Notes: generated by a model from the sequence alone, not told the origin. Counted from the stretch's first letter, positions 36,630 to 47,204 are shown. The stretch: 64,000 nt of DNA from an uncultured delta proteobacterium (GCA_963702565.1 CAVPDE010000026.1:25235-89234), one strand, 5' to 3'. Program-made: numbers and translations.

Positions 36630-38204
36630 ATGGGAAAACAGATCACGCTTTATGACACAACGCTGAGGGACGGAAGTCAGGGGGAAGAAGTGACCCTGTC
36701 CGCCGAAGACAAGCTGAGGTTGGCCCAAAAGCTTGACGAGTTCGGCATCCACTATGTAGAGGGAGGATGGCCGGGCTCCAACCCGAAGGACGCGCGGTTC
36801 TTCGAAATGGCCCGGAAAACTTACTTCAAGAACACGCGCCTCACCGCCTTTGGAAGCACCTGCCGCAGCCAGACCCGACCTGAAGATGATCCAAGCATTC
36901 AAGCCCTCCTCAAAACAGAACTCGAAACACTCACCATTTTCGGCAAAAGCTGGGACCTTCACGCCACCGAGATCTTGGGCATATCTCTGGATGAGAACGC
37001 CTCACTCATCGAGGACACCGTATCCTATTTAAAGAAGCAGGGCCGGCGCGTGATCTACGATGCGGAGCATTTCTTCGACGGATACAAGAAAAACCCCGAA
37101 TATGCTCTCAGGACCATCGAGGCGGCGGTTCGAGGTGGAGCGGACGTGGTGGTCTTCTGCGACACCAACGGAGGCTCCCTGCCCAACGAGGTGCACCGCA
37201 TCGTGACCGAAGCCATGAAAGATCTTCCCGTGCCCACAGGAATCCACGCCCACAACGACTGCGGTTTGGCTCTCGCCAACAGCCTCGCAGCAGTGCAGGC
37301 AGGGGTGACCATGGTACAGGGAACCATCAACGGGTATGGCGAGAGATGCGGGAACACGGATCTCGTCACCGTCATGGGGAACCTGCAGATCAAGATGGGT
37401 TATGAGTGCGTGGCCGAGGGAAAGCTCAAGAAGCTCAGGGAACTCTCACGATACGTCAGTGAAGTGGCGAATATGCCCCCCTTCAAGCGGGCCGCATTTG
37501 TGGGAAAGAGCGCTTTTGCCCACAAGGGCGGCGTTCATGTGAGCGCTATTCTCAAGAATCCTGCAGCCTACGAGCACATCGATCCTGAACTCGTGGGCAA
37601 CCGGAGGCGAGTGGTGGTTTCCGACCTCGCAGGGAAGAGCAACATCGAGTACAAGGCCCGGGAGATGGGAATCAGCCTGGGGGGCAACGGGTACGGCAGC
37701 GAGAAGATCATAAAAGAGGTCAAAAGGCTGGAGGACGAAGGATACCAGTTCGATGCAGCAGAAGGGTCCCTCGAACTCCTCATGAAGAAGGTGACCGGCC
37801 AGTTCCAGGATCCTTTCAACCTGGAATCCCTCAGGGTCACCATGGAAAAAAACCGGTCCGGACCCAGCACCTCCCATGCCACCATCAAGATCTCGGTTGC
37901 CAACGAGGAGGAAATCACTGCGGCAGAGGGAGACGGCCCGGTGAATGCTCTCGACAACGCGCTGAGAAAGGCGCTCAACAAGTTCTACCCGCAGGTGGAG
38001 GAAATGAGGCTGGTGGACTTCAAGGTCCGAGTGATTGACGGGAGCGACGGCACGGCCGCGAAGGTTAGGGTGCAAATCGAATCCAGAGACTCGAGTGAGA
38101 TCTGGTCGACAATTGGTGTTTCCGAGAACGTGATCGAGGCAAGCTGGCAGGCGCTGGTAGACAGCATCCAGTATAAACTTTCAAAAGCCACGAACGGCAA
38201 GTGA
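36630..38204 (+). CDS. cimA: citramalate synthase
   Basis: DTTLRDGSQGE, EGGWPGSNPKD, YDAEHFFDGY, HAHND, FAHKGGVH, AEGDGPVNALD. Confidence 0.9.
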   Translation: MGKQITLYDTTLRDGSQGEEVTLSAEDKLRLAQKLDEFGIHYVEGGWPGSNPKDARFFEMARKTYFKNTRLTAFGSTCRSQTRPEDDPSIQALLKTELETLTIFGKSWDLHATEILGISLDENASLIEDTVSYLKKQGRRVIYDAEHFFDGYKKNPEYALRTIEAAVRGGADVVVFCDTNGGSLPNEVHRIVTEAMKDLPVPTGIHAHNDCGLALANSLAAVQAGVTMVQGTINGYGERCGNTDLVTVMGNLQIKMGYECVAEGKLKKLRELSRYVSEVANMPPFKRAAFVGKSAFAHKGGVHVSAILKNPAAYEHIDPELVGNRRRVVVSDLAGKSNIEYKAREMGISLGGNGYGSEKIIKEVKRLEDEGYQFDAAEGSLELLMKKVTGQFQDPFNLESLRVTMEKNRSGPSTSHATIKISVANEEEITAAEGDGPVNALDNALRKALNKFYPQVEEMRLVDFKVRVIDGSDGTAAKVRVQIESRDSSEIWSTIGVSENVIEASWQALVDSIQYKLSKATNGK

Positions 38205-38241
38205 AGTATGACCGTGTCGAAGACCAATTGACATGGTCCCT

Positions 38242-38337
38242 GAAATCTCCCCTGACCCCTCTTTACCAAAGAGGGGTAAAGCCTCCCTTACCAAAGGCAC
38301 GTCTTGAGCGTGTCGAAGGGGAGGTCAGGGGGGATTT
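38242..38337. repeat. REP-like element AAATCYCC..CCCCTCTTT..AAAGAGGGG
   Basis: Paired copy here; partial copies at about 50007-50044 and 53078-53120. Confidence 0.65.
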
Positions 38338-38465
38338 AAAAACAGCGTCCAAAGGATAGAGAGAACGGATATGAAAGCAAAAGGCACGGAGAAATTTACC
38401 GCAGATTCCTGCAGCGTCAGGCGTCTGCGGAGGGTCCTTGAAAGGTAACCCCCCATTAACTCTGA

Positions 38466-38545
38466 TTTAGGAATTTAGGGATTTAGGAATTGGGGATTCT
38501 GAGGCTCGGAAGTCCATTCGCGAATTCCCGAATTCGACAATCCGC
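38466..38545. repeat. inverted tandem octamer array (TTTAGGRA-type)
   Basis: ATTTAGGAATTTAGGGATTTAGGAATTGGGGATT ... AATTCCCGAATTC; same family at 42464-42540. Confidence 0.7.
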
Positions 38546-38569
38546 AATGAGTATGAAGGAGGTTATCCC

Positions 38570-40114
38570 ATGGCAGAACGAGTCATTATATTTGATACCA
38601 CGCTGAGAGACGGGGAGCAGTCCCCCGGAGCGAGCATGAACGTGGCGGAAAAGGTCCGTCTGGCCATTCAGCTCGAAAGGCTCGGTGTGGATGTGATCGA
38701 GGCAGGGTTCCCCGCGGCGTCGAGCGGGGACTATGATGCGGTCAGGGCGGTTTCAGCGAAGGTCCGAAACTCCCAGATCGCAGCTCTGGCCAGGGCGTCC
38801 AAGGAAGACATAGACAAGGCCTGGGCGTCTGTGAAAGAAGCGGCCCATCCCAGGATTCACACCTTCATCGCCACATCCGATATCCACCTCAAACACAAAC
38901 TCAAAATGACCCGCGATCAAGTGCTGGAAGCAGCCGTGAATGCGGTGAAGTATGCAAAAGGCTTCACCGAGAATGTGGAGTTTTCATCGGAAGACGGGTC
39001 GCGGAGCGATCCTGATTTCCTGTGCAAGGTCTTTGGCGCGGCTATCGAAGCGGGTGCAACCACGATCAATCTGCCGGACACGGTCGGGTATGCCATGCCC
39101 GACGAGTTCGGCCAGCTTGTAGCCCACGTGCGAAAGAACACGCCGGGGATGGATCGCGTGATTCTCAGCGTCCACTGCCACAATGACCTGGGGCTGGCCA
39201 CAGCCAACAGCCTGGCAGGTCTCCGAAACGGCGCACGGCAGGTCGAAGTGACGATCAACGGGATCGGAGAGCGGGCGGGCAACACCTCTTTGGAGGAGAT
39301 TGTGATGTCCCTCTACACAAGGAAGGAGCATCTGGGGCTCGCCACGCGCATCAACACCAGGGAAATTCACCCGGCCAGCCGACTGGTGAGCATGATCACC
39401 GGCATTGTCGTGCAACCCAACAAAGCAGTGGTCGGAGCCAACGCCTTTGCCCATGAGGCGGGCATTCACCAGGACGGCGTGCTCAAGAACAGGATGACCT
39501 ACGAAATCATGGAGCCGGAGATGGTGGGGCTTTCCACCAACCGCCTGGTTTTGGGCAAGCACTCGGGGAGACACGCGTTCAAGCGCAAGTTGGCGGATTT
39601 GGGCTATGACCTGACAGAGGAAGATCTGAACAAGGTTTTCGGAAAATTCAAGGAGCTGGCTGACAAGAGGAAAGAAATTCTCGACGAAGACATCGAGGTT
39701 CTTGTGGCGGAAGAGATCCTTCGAGTGCCGGACCGTTTTCAGCTCAACTATCTGAACGTCATCAGCGGCACCGTGGCAGTGCCTACGGCCATCGTCAAGC
39801 TGGAGATCGACGGGGTTGTGCAGCAGGGCGCGGGGTTCGGTGTGGGGCCGATCGATGCCACATACAACACGATCGCAAAGATGACGGGGACAAGGTCCAA
39901 GCTCGTCCGGTTTTCCATCAACGCCATCAGCGGCGGAACAGATGCCCAGGGAGAAGTGACGGTGCGCCTCCAGGAGAACGGATTCGTGGCCTTGGGAAAG
40001 GGCGCTGACCCGGACATCTTTACCGCCAGCGCAAAGGCCTATATCAACGGCCTCAACAGGCTGGAGTACTTGAAGAAGAACCCGTCGCTTTCGGCGGAAG
40101 AAAGATCACTGTGA
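38570..40114 (+). CDS. leuA: 2-isopropylmalate synthase
   Basis: DTTLRDGEQSPG, EAGFP, HCHNDLG, GERAGN, AHEAGIHQDG, LGKHSGR, regulatory domain. Confidence 0.95.
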   Translation: MAERVIIFDTTLRDGEQSPGASMNVAEKVRLAIQLERLGVDVIEAGFPAASSGDYDAVRAVSAKVRNSQIAALARASKEDIDKAWASVKEAAHPRIHTFIATSDIHLKHKLKMTRDQVLEAAVNAVKYAKGFTENVEFSSEDGSRSDPDFLCKVFGAAIEAGATTINLPDTVGYAMPDEFGQLVAHVRKNTPGMDRVILSVHCHNDLGLATANSLAGLRNGARQVEVTINGIGERAGNTSLEEIVMSLYTRKEHLGLATRINTREIHPASRLVSMITGIVVQPNKAVVGANAFAHEAGIHQDGVLKNRMTYEIMEPEMVGLSTNRLVLGKHSGRHAFKRKLADLGYDLTEEDLNKVFGKFKELADKRKEILDEDIEVLVAEEILRVPDRFQLNYLNVISGTVAVPTAIVKLEIDGVVQQGAGFGVGPIDATYNTIAKMTGTRSKLVRFSINAISGGTDAQGEVTVRLQENGFVALGKGADPDIFTASAKAYINGLNRLEYLKKNPSLSAEERSL

Positions 40115-40402
40115 ACAGTGATCAGTAAGCAGTACTCAGTAGGCAGTAGGCAGCAGTGAGAAGAACACTGGATGACCTTTCGACGTCGCCCACGGCAGGC
40201 TGAAGATAGAATAACAGAAGGGAATGATGGAAGAAGAAGGGAGAAGAAAAGCAAGAAAGAATGGAGAAATGGAGAAACACGAAGAAACAAAACTAAGGCT
40301 TTTTCTTAGGCTTTGCCAATACTCCATTACTCCAAAAATCTTATACCGGCAACGAATGCCAGATCTAGAGAACAGAGACTGTTGTAGGAAGGAAACCCGC
40401 TC

Positions 40403-41668
40403 ATGACCCATCCCATGACCATAACCGAGAAGATTCTCGCGGCCCATGCGGGGCTCGGATATGTGACGCCCGGCGATCTGATCACGGTGAATGTCGATCT
40501 TGCCCTGGCCAATGACATCACTGCGCCTCTGGCGATCCGTGTTTTCAGAGAGATCGGTAAGCAAAAGGTGTTTGACCGGGACAAGATCGCGCTTGTCGCA
40601 GATCACTTTGTCCCCAACAAGGACATCGCCTCAGCGCAGCAGGCGAAACTCATGAGAGAGTTCGCGCAGGAACAGAACATCCGGCACTACTATGAACTGG
40701 GCGACGGCGGGGTCGAGCATGTGATTCTTCCTGAAAAGGGATTGGTGGTGCCGGGCGACCTGGTGATCGGGGCGGACAGCCACACCTGCACCTATGGGGC
40801 TCTGGGCGCATTTTCTACAGGGGTGGGAAGCACGGACCTTGGAGCGGTCATGGCCACGGGCATGGCATGGCTCAAGGTGCCTCCCACAATCCGGGTGGAA
40901 TATGAGGGAAGACTCCAGCCGTGGGTGGGTGGGAAGGATCTGATTCTTTTCACCCTGGGGCAAATCGGAGTGGAAGGGGCCAACTACAAATCCATCGAGT
41001 TCGCTGGCGAGGTGATCTGCAATCTGCCCATGGACCACCGTTTCACCATGGCCAACATGGCCGTGGAAGGAGGGGCAAAGAACGGAATCGTGGAGCCGGA
41101 CGACATGGCGATCAACTATGTTTCCACGAGGAGCACGAGAGAGCCTCGAATCCTGAAGAGCGACGAGGGAGCATCCTACGACAGGGTTCTCAAGATCAGG
41201 GTGGATGAGATCGAGCCCCAGATTGCGTTCCCCCACTCTCCGGACAATGTGCGACCCGTCTCGCGTGCGGGGCTTGTGCAATTGGACCAGGTGTTCATTG
41301 GGTCCTGCACCAACGGCCGCCTTGACGACCTGAGAGTGGCAGCGGCAATTCTGAAGAACAAAAGGGTAGCCAATGGTACACGGTTGATCGTGCTTCCCGG
41401 TTCGCAAAGCATCTATAGGACTGCGATTCAGGAGGGACTGCTGGAGACGTTCGTTGATGCAGGAGCTGTGGTGGGACCGCCTTCCTGCGGCCCATGCCTG
41501 GGTGGGCACCTGGGGATCCTGGCGGAAGGGGAAAGAGCCCTTTCCACCACCAACCGGAACTTCCTGGGCCGCATGGGCCATCCGAAGAGCGAAGTGTATC
41601 TGGCGAATCCGGCTGTGGCGGCGGCGTCTGCGGTGCTCGGCAGGATTGGATCGCCGGAAGAAGTGTGA
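40403..41668 (+). CDS. leuC: 3-isopropylmalate dehydratase large subunit
   Basis: DHFVP, GADSHTCTYG, GSCTNGR, CGPCLG, TNRNF.GRMG. Confidence 0.93.
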   Translation: MTHPMTITEKILAAHAGLGYVTPGDLITVNVDLALANDITAPLAIRVFREIGKQKVFDRDKIALVADHFVPNKDIASAQQAKLMREFAQEQNIRHYYELGDGGVEHVILPEKGLVVPGDLVIGADSHTCTYGALGAFSTGVGSTDLGAVMATGMAWLKVPPTIRVEYEGRLQPWVGGKDLILFTLGQIGVEGANYKSIEFAGEVICNLPMDHRFTMANMAVEGGAKNGIVEPDDMAINYVSTRSTREPRILKSDEGASYDRVLKIRVDEIEPQIAFPHSPDNVRPVSRAGLVQLDQVFIGSCTNGRLDDLRVAAAILKNKRVANGTRLIVLPGSQSIYRTAIQEGLLETFVDAGAVVGPPSCGPCLGGHLGILAEGERALSTTNRNFLGRMGHPKSEVYLANPAVAAASAVLGRIGSPEEV

Positions 41669-41779
41669 AGAAGGTACACGGTACAAGGCGCAGGGTGCAC
41701 GGAAGAGAAAGATAACTGACGGGGCGCGGCGCGGGAGAAATAGAAAGCGCCGCATTGCAGAAAAGCGAGGAGAAAGAGG

Positions 41780-42274
41780 GTGAGGCTTGAAGGAAGAGTT
41801 TGGAGATTCGGGGACAATGTGGACACGGACGCGATTATCCCTGCGCGATTCCTGAATGTGTCGGATCAGGATCTGCTCGCCAAGAACTGCTTTGTGGATC
41901 TGCGGCCGGAGTTTTCGAAAAGCGTGCGGCAGGGTGACGTGATCGTGGCAGGGAACAACTTCGGCTGTGGATCGTCACGGGAGCATGCCCCTCTGGCCAT
42001 CAAGGCGGCGGGAGTGAGTGTGGTGATTGCCAAGAGCTTTGCACGCATCTTTTACAGGAACGCCTTCAACATCGGCCTGCCCATCCTGGAGTCCGAGGAG
42101 GCCGTCAAAAACTTTGAGGAAGGCTCTCCAATCCAGGTGGATCTGGAATCAGGGGAGATCATGGGCGGGAATAAGGACGCCCGCGTGACGGCCAAGCCCA
42201 TCCCGCCTTTTATGAGAGAGATTGTCCAGGCAGGAGGCCTGGTGGCCTATATCAGGCAAAGAGGTTCTCTATGA
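41780..42274 (+). CDS. leuD: 3-isopropylmalate dehydratase small subunit
   Basis: [32 protein letters not shown]. Confidence 0.93.
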   Translation: MRLEGRVWRFGDNVDTDAIIPARFLNVSDQDLLAKNCFVDLRPEFSKSVRQGDVIVAGNNFGCGSSREHAPLAIKAAGVSVVIAKSFARIFYRNAFNIGLPILESEEAVKNFEEGSPIQVDLESGEIMGGNKDARVTAKPIPPFMREIVQAGGLVAYIRQRGSL

Positions 42275-42329
42275 AAAGAAGAGGGGAAAGCAGCCCACCA
42301 CAGGCACGGAGGTCGCAGCGGGCTATTTT

Positions 42330-42369
42330 TGTTCTTCGTCTATCGGGAGGTACCGATAGACGAAGAACA
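42330..42369. repeat. perfect 17-bp hairpin
   Basis: TGTTCTTCGTCTATCGG GAGGTA CCGATAGACGAAGAACA. Confidence 0.8.
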
Positions 42370-42373
42370 GACC

Positions 42374-42463
42374 CTCAAACACCAGGGGCCTGCGCGCGAG
42401 TTCGACTCGGAGGAGGAGGCGACCAAAGCGATCATGGCCGGCCGGATTCGCAAAGGGGAAGTG
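42374..42463 (+). pseudogene. ilvD: 30-codon internal relic of dihydroxy-acid dehydratase
   Basis: LKHQGPAREFDSEEEATKAIMAGRIRKGEV resembles IlvD GPARVFDSEEEA..AI..G.I.KGDV; lies between leuD and ilvB. Confidence 0.75.
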
Positions 42464-42557
42464 GGGGATTGAGGAATTAAGGGATTGGGGAATTCGCAAT
42501 TCCCAAATTCGAGAATTCCTAAATTCCAGAATTCTGAATTTCTACAGCAAAGGGGTG

Positions 42558-44252
42558 ATGACCATTAAACTCACAGGCGCACAAATTATTATCAAGGCAT
42601 TGCAGGAAGAAGGGGTGGACACCATTTTCGGGTATCCGGGAGGTGCCATCATTGACCTCTACGATCAACTGGTGAAGACCGACATCCGGCACATCATGGT
42701 ACGCCACGAGCAGGGAGCCGTGCATGCGGCGGACGGGTATGCCCGCGCGTCGGGCAAGGTCGGCGTCTGCCTTGTCACGTCAGGACCGGGCGCAACCAAT
42801 ACCGTATCAGGGATCGCATCGGCCTACATGGATTCGATTCCCATCGTCGTGCTCACCGGTCAGGTGCCTACCAGTCTCATCGGGAACGATGCGTTCCAGG
42901 AAGTGGACATCGTGGGAATCACGAGACCCTGCACCAAGCACAACTACCTGGTGAAGAACGTGGACGACCTGGCGAGGGTCATCAAGGAAGCCTTTCACAT
43001 TGCCCGGTCCGGACGGCCGGGACCCGTGCTCGTGGACCTTCCAAAAGACCTGCTGAAGGCCACGGCCCAGTACAAACCTCTCAAAGAGGTGGAGCTGAAA
43101 TCCTACAATCCCAACTACGAGCCCAACCCCAAACAGTTGCCCAAGGTGATTGACCTGGTCAAGGAGGCGAGCCGTCCGGTCATCTTCTCCGGCGGTGGGG
43201 TGATTCTTTCCAGGGGATGGAAGGAGCTGAGGGAGTTTGCGAGAAAGATCCAGGCGCCAGTGACCTCCACCCTCATGGGCCTTGGCGCTTTCCCGGCGTC
43301 AGACCCCCTGTGGCTGGGCATGATCGGCATGCACGGCACCTATTGCGCCAACATGTCCACGTCCGAGTGCGACCTGCTCATCGCCGTGGGTGTGCGCTTC
43401 GACGATCGCGTTACCGGCAAGATCGACGCTTTTGCTCCGAACGCCCGGATTGTTCACATCGACATCGACCCCACGTCGATCCGGAAGAACATCCGCGTGT
43501 CTGTTCCCATTGTAGGAGACTGCCGAATCACGCTCCACAAGCTGAACCGGTTGCTGGAGGCGGAGCACCTGGGCCATGTGAAAGAGCGAAGAGAGCCGTG
43601 GCGGCGGCAGATCGAAGAATGGAAAAGGACGAAGCCGCTCGCCTACACGTTGGATGACCGCGTGATCAAGCCCCAGTACGTGATCGAGAAGCTTTTTGAA
43701 ATGACGCAGGGGAAAGCGATCATCACGACCGAAGTGGGTCAGAACCAGATGTGGACGGCCCAGTATTTCCGGTTTGATCATCCCAATTCCTTTATCACCT
43801 CAGGAGGATTGGGCTGCATGGGGTTCGGATTGCCGGCAGCCATAGGCGCCCAGGTCGCTTGCCCTGACAAGCTCGTGGTCGACATCGCAGGAGACGGAAG
43901 CATCCAGATGAATATCCAGGAGATGGCCACGGCCACGCAGTACAACCTGCCCGTGAAGATCGCGATCCTGAACAACGGATTCCTTGGCATGGTCCGTCAG
44001 TGGCAGGAGCTTTTCTACGACAAACGGTATGCCTGTACGGAAATGATCGTTGCACCGGACTTCGTGAAGCTGGCCGAAGCCTACGGCGCTGTGGGATTGA
44101 GGGCCACAAAACCGGAAGAGGTGGAAATTGTCCTGGAGAAAGCGCTCTCCATACACAGGCCGGTGATCATGGACTTCGTGGTGGAAAGGGAAGAGTGCGT
44201 GTACCCCATGGTGCCTTCTGGAGCGCCGATCACGGAGATGTTGCTGGTATAA
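42558..44252 (+). CDS. ilvB: acetolactate synthase large subunit
   Basis: FGYPGGA, RHEQGA, TSGPGATN, GMHG, RFDDRVTG, GDGSIQMN, MVRQWQ. Confidence 0.95.
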   Translation: MTIKLTGAQIIIKALQEEGVDTIFGYPGGAIIDLYDQLVKTDIRHIMVRHEQGAVHAADGYARASGKVGVCLVTSGPGATNTVSGIASAYMDSIPIVVLTGQVPTSLIGNDAFQEVDIVGITRPCTKHNYLVKNVDDLARVIKEAFHIARSGRPGPVLVDLPKDLLKATAQYKPLKEVELKSYNPNYEPNPKQLPKVIDLVKEASRPVIFSGGGVILSRGWKELREFARKIQAPVTSTLMGLGAFPASDPLWLGMIGMHGTYCANMSTSECDLLIAVGVRFDDRVTGKIDAFAPNARIVHIDIDPTSIRKNIRVSVPIVGDCRITLHKLNRLLEAEHLGHVKERREPWRRQIEEWKRTKPLAYTLDDRVIKPQYVIEKLFEMTQGKAIITTEVGQNQMWTAQYFRFDHPNSFITSGGLGCMGFGLPAAIGAQVACPDKLVVDIAGDGSIQMNIQEMATATQYNLPVKIAILNNGFLGMVRQWQELFYDKRYACTEMIVAPDFVKLAEAYGAVGLRATKPEEVEIVLEKALSIHRPVIMDFVVEREECVYPMVPSGAPITEMLLV

Positions 44253-44255
44253 AGA

Positions 44256-44384
44256 ATGGAGTAATGGAGTGATGGAGTAATGGAAAGAAAAGAAAGGCAG
44301 CCAAAGCTTAATTCTTGGGCCTTACCATCACTCCAGTACTCCAATACTCCATTACTCCGGTTCTTCGACACTCCATTACTCCAA
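44256..44384. repeat. inverted tandem octamer array (TGGAGTAA)n...(TTACTCCA)n
   Basis: About 4 forward units, spacer, 6-7 reverse units between ilvB and ilvN. Confidence 0.85.
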
Positions 44385-44450
44385 TTGGCGACAGGAATCG
44401 TTAGGGAGCGGAATCGGTTGTGAAGAAATGCTATCAGAGGCAAGAAAATC

Positions 44451-44948
44451 ATGACTAACGGCCAATCCAAGAAACACATTCTTTCCATGCTGGTGGACAA
44501 TGAGCCTGGGGTTCTTTCCCGAGTTGCAGGCCTTTTCAGCGGCCGGGGGTTTAACATCGACAGCCTGTGTGTGTCCGAAACCACAGACCCCCTGGTTTCG
44601 AGGATCACCCTTGTGGCTGTGGGTGACATGAGCATTCTGGAACAGATCAAGAAGCAGCTTAACAAGCTGATCAACGTGATCAAGGTGCTGGATTTCACGG
44701 AGACGGACTTTGTCCAGCGGGAGACGGCTCTGGTGAAAGTCCGGGCAAAACCGGAAAACCGAGCAGAGATTCTGAGAATGGCCGACATTTTCCGATCCAC
44801 TGTGGTTGACGTGGGAACGGAGTACTACACCATGGAGGTGACAGGAGACGACGGAAAGATCAGCGCTTTCCTGAAGCTCCTCAAGCCCATGGGCATCAAG
44901 GAAATCGCAAGAACAGGGCCGGTGGCCTTGGCGCGAGAAAAGAAATAG
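44451..44948 (+). CDS. ilvN: acetolactate synthase small subunit
   Basis: NEPGVLSRVAGLFSGRGFNIDSL, EQI.KQLNKL, EIARTG. Confidence 0.95.
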   Translation: MTNGQSKKHILSMLVDNEPGVLSRVAGLFSGRGFNIDSLCVSETTDPLVSRITLVAVGDMSILEQIKKQLNKLINVIKVLDFTETDFVQRETALVKVRAKPENRAEILRMADIFRSTVVDVGTEYYTMEVTGDDGKISAFLKLLKPMGIKEIARTGPVALAREKK

Positions 44949-44960
44949 AAAGGAGCGATT

Positions 44961-46013
44961 ATGGCAAAGATTGATTTTGGCGGCACAAAGGAAGAAGTCA
45001 TTACCTCGGAGGAGTACCCTCTCTCCAAGGCAAGACATATACTGAAGAACGAGAAGATCGCTGTTCTGGGCTATGGCGTTCAGGGGCCCGGCCAGGCGCT
45101 GAATCTGAGAGACAATGGATTCCCGGTGATCATCGGTCAGAGGGAAGGATCTTTTTCCTGGAACAAGGCGGTTCAGGACGGGTTCGTGCCGGGGAAAACG
45201 CTTTTCCCGGTCGAGGAAGCGGCAGAGAGAGGAACCGTCATCATGTACCTGCTCTCCGACGCAGGCCAGATGACGGCTTGGCCCAAGGTGAAGCCCCACC
45301 TCAAGGAGGGGGATGCGCTGTACTTCTCCCATGGCTTCTCCATCGCCTACAAGAAGCAGACCAAGGTGATCCCGCCCAAGAACGTGGACGTCATCTTGGT
45401 TGCGCCCAAGGGTTCGGGCCGGTCCCTGCGATCCAATTTCCTGGACGGGAGCGGCATCAACTCCAGCTTTGCCGTGTTCCAGGATTTCACGGGCAGGGCA
45501 AAGGAGAGGACCGCAGCCCTCGGCATCGCTATAGGGTCAGGGTATCTCTTCCCCACAACCTTTGAAAAAGAGGTTTACAGCGATCTCACCGGAGAAAGGG
45601 GCGTTCTCATGGGCTGCCTGGCAGGCGTGATGGAAGCCCAGTACGATCTCCTGCGGAAAAAGGGCCATTCTCCGAGCGAGGCGTTCAACGAAACCGTTGA
45701 AGAGCTGACCCAGAGCCTGATCCGGCTTGTCGGAGAAAACGGCATGGACTGGATGTATGCCAACTGCAGCACCACGGCCCAGAGAGGCGCACTGGACTGG
45801 AAGAAGAAATTCCGAAATGCCGTAGCCCCTGTTTTCCGCGAGCTTTACACCAGGGTCAAGCAGGGCAAGGAGACGGAGATTGTTCTGAAGGCGAACAGCG
45901 CCCCGGATTACAGGGAGAAGCTGGACAAGGAGCTCGCAGAGATGAGGAACTCCGAAATGTGGAGAGCAGGCGCGGCGGTCAGATCGCTGAGGCCAGAGAA
46001 CAGAAAAAAGTAG
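44961..46013 (+). CDS. ilvC: ketol-acid reductoisomerase (Ilv5/Bacteroidetes-like form)
   Basis: GYGVQGPGQALNLRD, FSHGF, APKGSG, SDLTGERGVLMG, CSTTAQRGALDW. Confidence 0.93.
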   Translation: MAKIDFGGTKEEVITSEEYPLSKARHILKNEKIAVLGYGVQGPGQALNLRDNGFPVIIGQREGSFSWNKAVQDGFVPGKTLFPVEEAAERGTVIMYLLSDAGQMTAWPKVKPHLKEGDALYFSHGFSIAYKKQTKVIPPKNVDVILVAPKGSGRSLRSNFLDGSGINSSFAVFQDFTGRAKERTAALGIAIGSGYLFPTTFEKEVYSDLTGERGVLMGCLAGVMEAQYDLLRKKGHSPSEAFNETVEELTQSLIRLVGENGMDWMYANCSTTAQRGALDWKKKFRNAVAPVFRELYTRVKQGKETEIVLKANSAPDYREKLDKELAEMRNSEMWRAGAAVRSLRPENRKK

Positions 46014-46027
46014 AGAAAGGTATCAGC

Positions 46028-47098
46028 ATGTCCAAGCATTATAAGATAGCAGTCATTCCCGGGGATGGAACCGGGCCGGAAGTTGTGGCAGAAGGAATCA
46101 AGGCGCTAAAGGCCCTGTCGAAAAAATGCGGCGTGCAGTTCGACTTCAAGGGCTTCCCCCTTGGAGGAGAGGAATATCTCAAGAAGGGAACGCTGCTGCC
46201 CGAAGCGGTGATCGAGGAGTTGAAGGGCATGGATGCCATCTACCTGGGCGCCATCGGCCACCCTGACGTGAAACCAGGCATCCTCGAAAGAGACATCCTG
46301 CTCAAAATGCGCTTTGCGCTTGATCTTTACATCAACCTCAGACCGGTGGTCCTTTATCCCGGAGTGGATACGCCCCTCAAGAACAAAGGCCCGGAAGACA
46401 TTGACTTCCTGGTCGTCCGGGAAAACACGGAAGGCATGTACGCCGGAGGAGGCGGCTTCTTCAAGAAGGGAACGCCCGATGAAGTGGCTATCCAGGAATC
46501 GGTCAACACCCGCAAGGGCGTCGAGCGATGCATTCGCTATGCCTTCGAGGTTTGCAGGAAAAGAAACAAGAAGAAGCGCCTCACCCTTTGCGGCAAAACC
46601 AATGTGCTGATCTACGAATCCGATCTGTGGTTCAGGGTTTTTCAGGAGGTCGCCAAGGAATATCCGGATGTGGAGACCAACTACCAGCACGTGGACGCGA
46701 TTTGCATGTGGATGATCAAGAACCCGGAGCAGTTCGACGTGATCGTCACCACCAACCTCTTCGGAGACATCATCACGGATCTGGGAGCGATCATCCAGGG
46801 CGGTCTGGGCATCGCGGCAGGAGGAAACATCAATCCCGAGGGAGCCGCCATGTTCGAACCCATGGGCGGGTCGGCGCCCAAGTACACGGGACTCAACGTG
46901 ATCAACCCCATGGCGGCCATTGCTGCGGCCCAGATGATAGTGGACTACCTGGGCGAGAAAGAGGCGGCCGAAATTCTCCAGCGTGCCATGAAAGCGGTCC
47001 TCAAGAACCACCTCAAGAGCCTGGAAGCGAAGAAGATGGGCTATGGCACAAAAGAGGTCGGGGACTTGGTGGTGAAGTATGTACAAAGACCGGAGTAA
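46028..47098 (+). CDS. leuB: 3-isopropylmalate dehydrogenase
   Basis: PGDGTGPEV, NLRP, RENTEG.Y, NLFGDIITD, FEP.GGSAP; operon context. Confidence 0.92.
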   Translation: MSKHYKIAVIPGDGTGPEVVAEGIKALKALSKKCGVQFDFKGFPLGGEEYLKKGTLLPEAVIEELKGMDAIYLGAIGHPDVKPGILERDILLKMRFALDLYINLRPVVLYPGVDTPLKNKGPEDIDFLVVRENTEGMYAGGGGFFKKGTPDEVAIQESVNTRKGVERCIRYAFEVCRKRNKKKRLTLCGKTNVLIYESDLWFRVFQEVAKEYPDVETNYQHVDAICMWMIKNPEQFDVIVTTNLFGDIITDLGAIIQGGLGIAAGGNINPEGAAMFEPMGGSAPKYTGLNVINPMAAIAAAQMIVDYLGEKEAAEILQRAMKAVLKNHLKSLEAKKMGYGTKEVGDLVVKYVQRPE

Positions 47099-47204
47099 TG
47101 GAGGATTGGAGTAGTGGAGTGTTGGTAAAGCAAAAGGAAAGACCTTTGGCTGCTTTTCTAGGGTTTTTTCATTACTCCAATACTCCAACACTCCAGCGCT
47201 CCAA
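47091..47204. repeat. inverted tandem octamer array overlapping leuB stop
   Basis: GGAGTAATGGAGGATTGGAGTAGTGGAGTG ... CATTACTCCAATACTCCAACACTCCAGCGCTCCA; TAA of leuB is in the first unit. Confidence 0.85.

Noticed and set aside
42271..42480. 69-aa ORF between leuD and ilvB
   Set aside because: Made of repeat sequence plus the ilvD relic read in another frame.
44256..44384. CRISPR array interpretation of the TGGAGTAA repeats
   Set aside because: 8-bp tandem units without unique spacers, and no cas genes.
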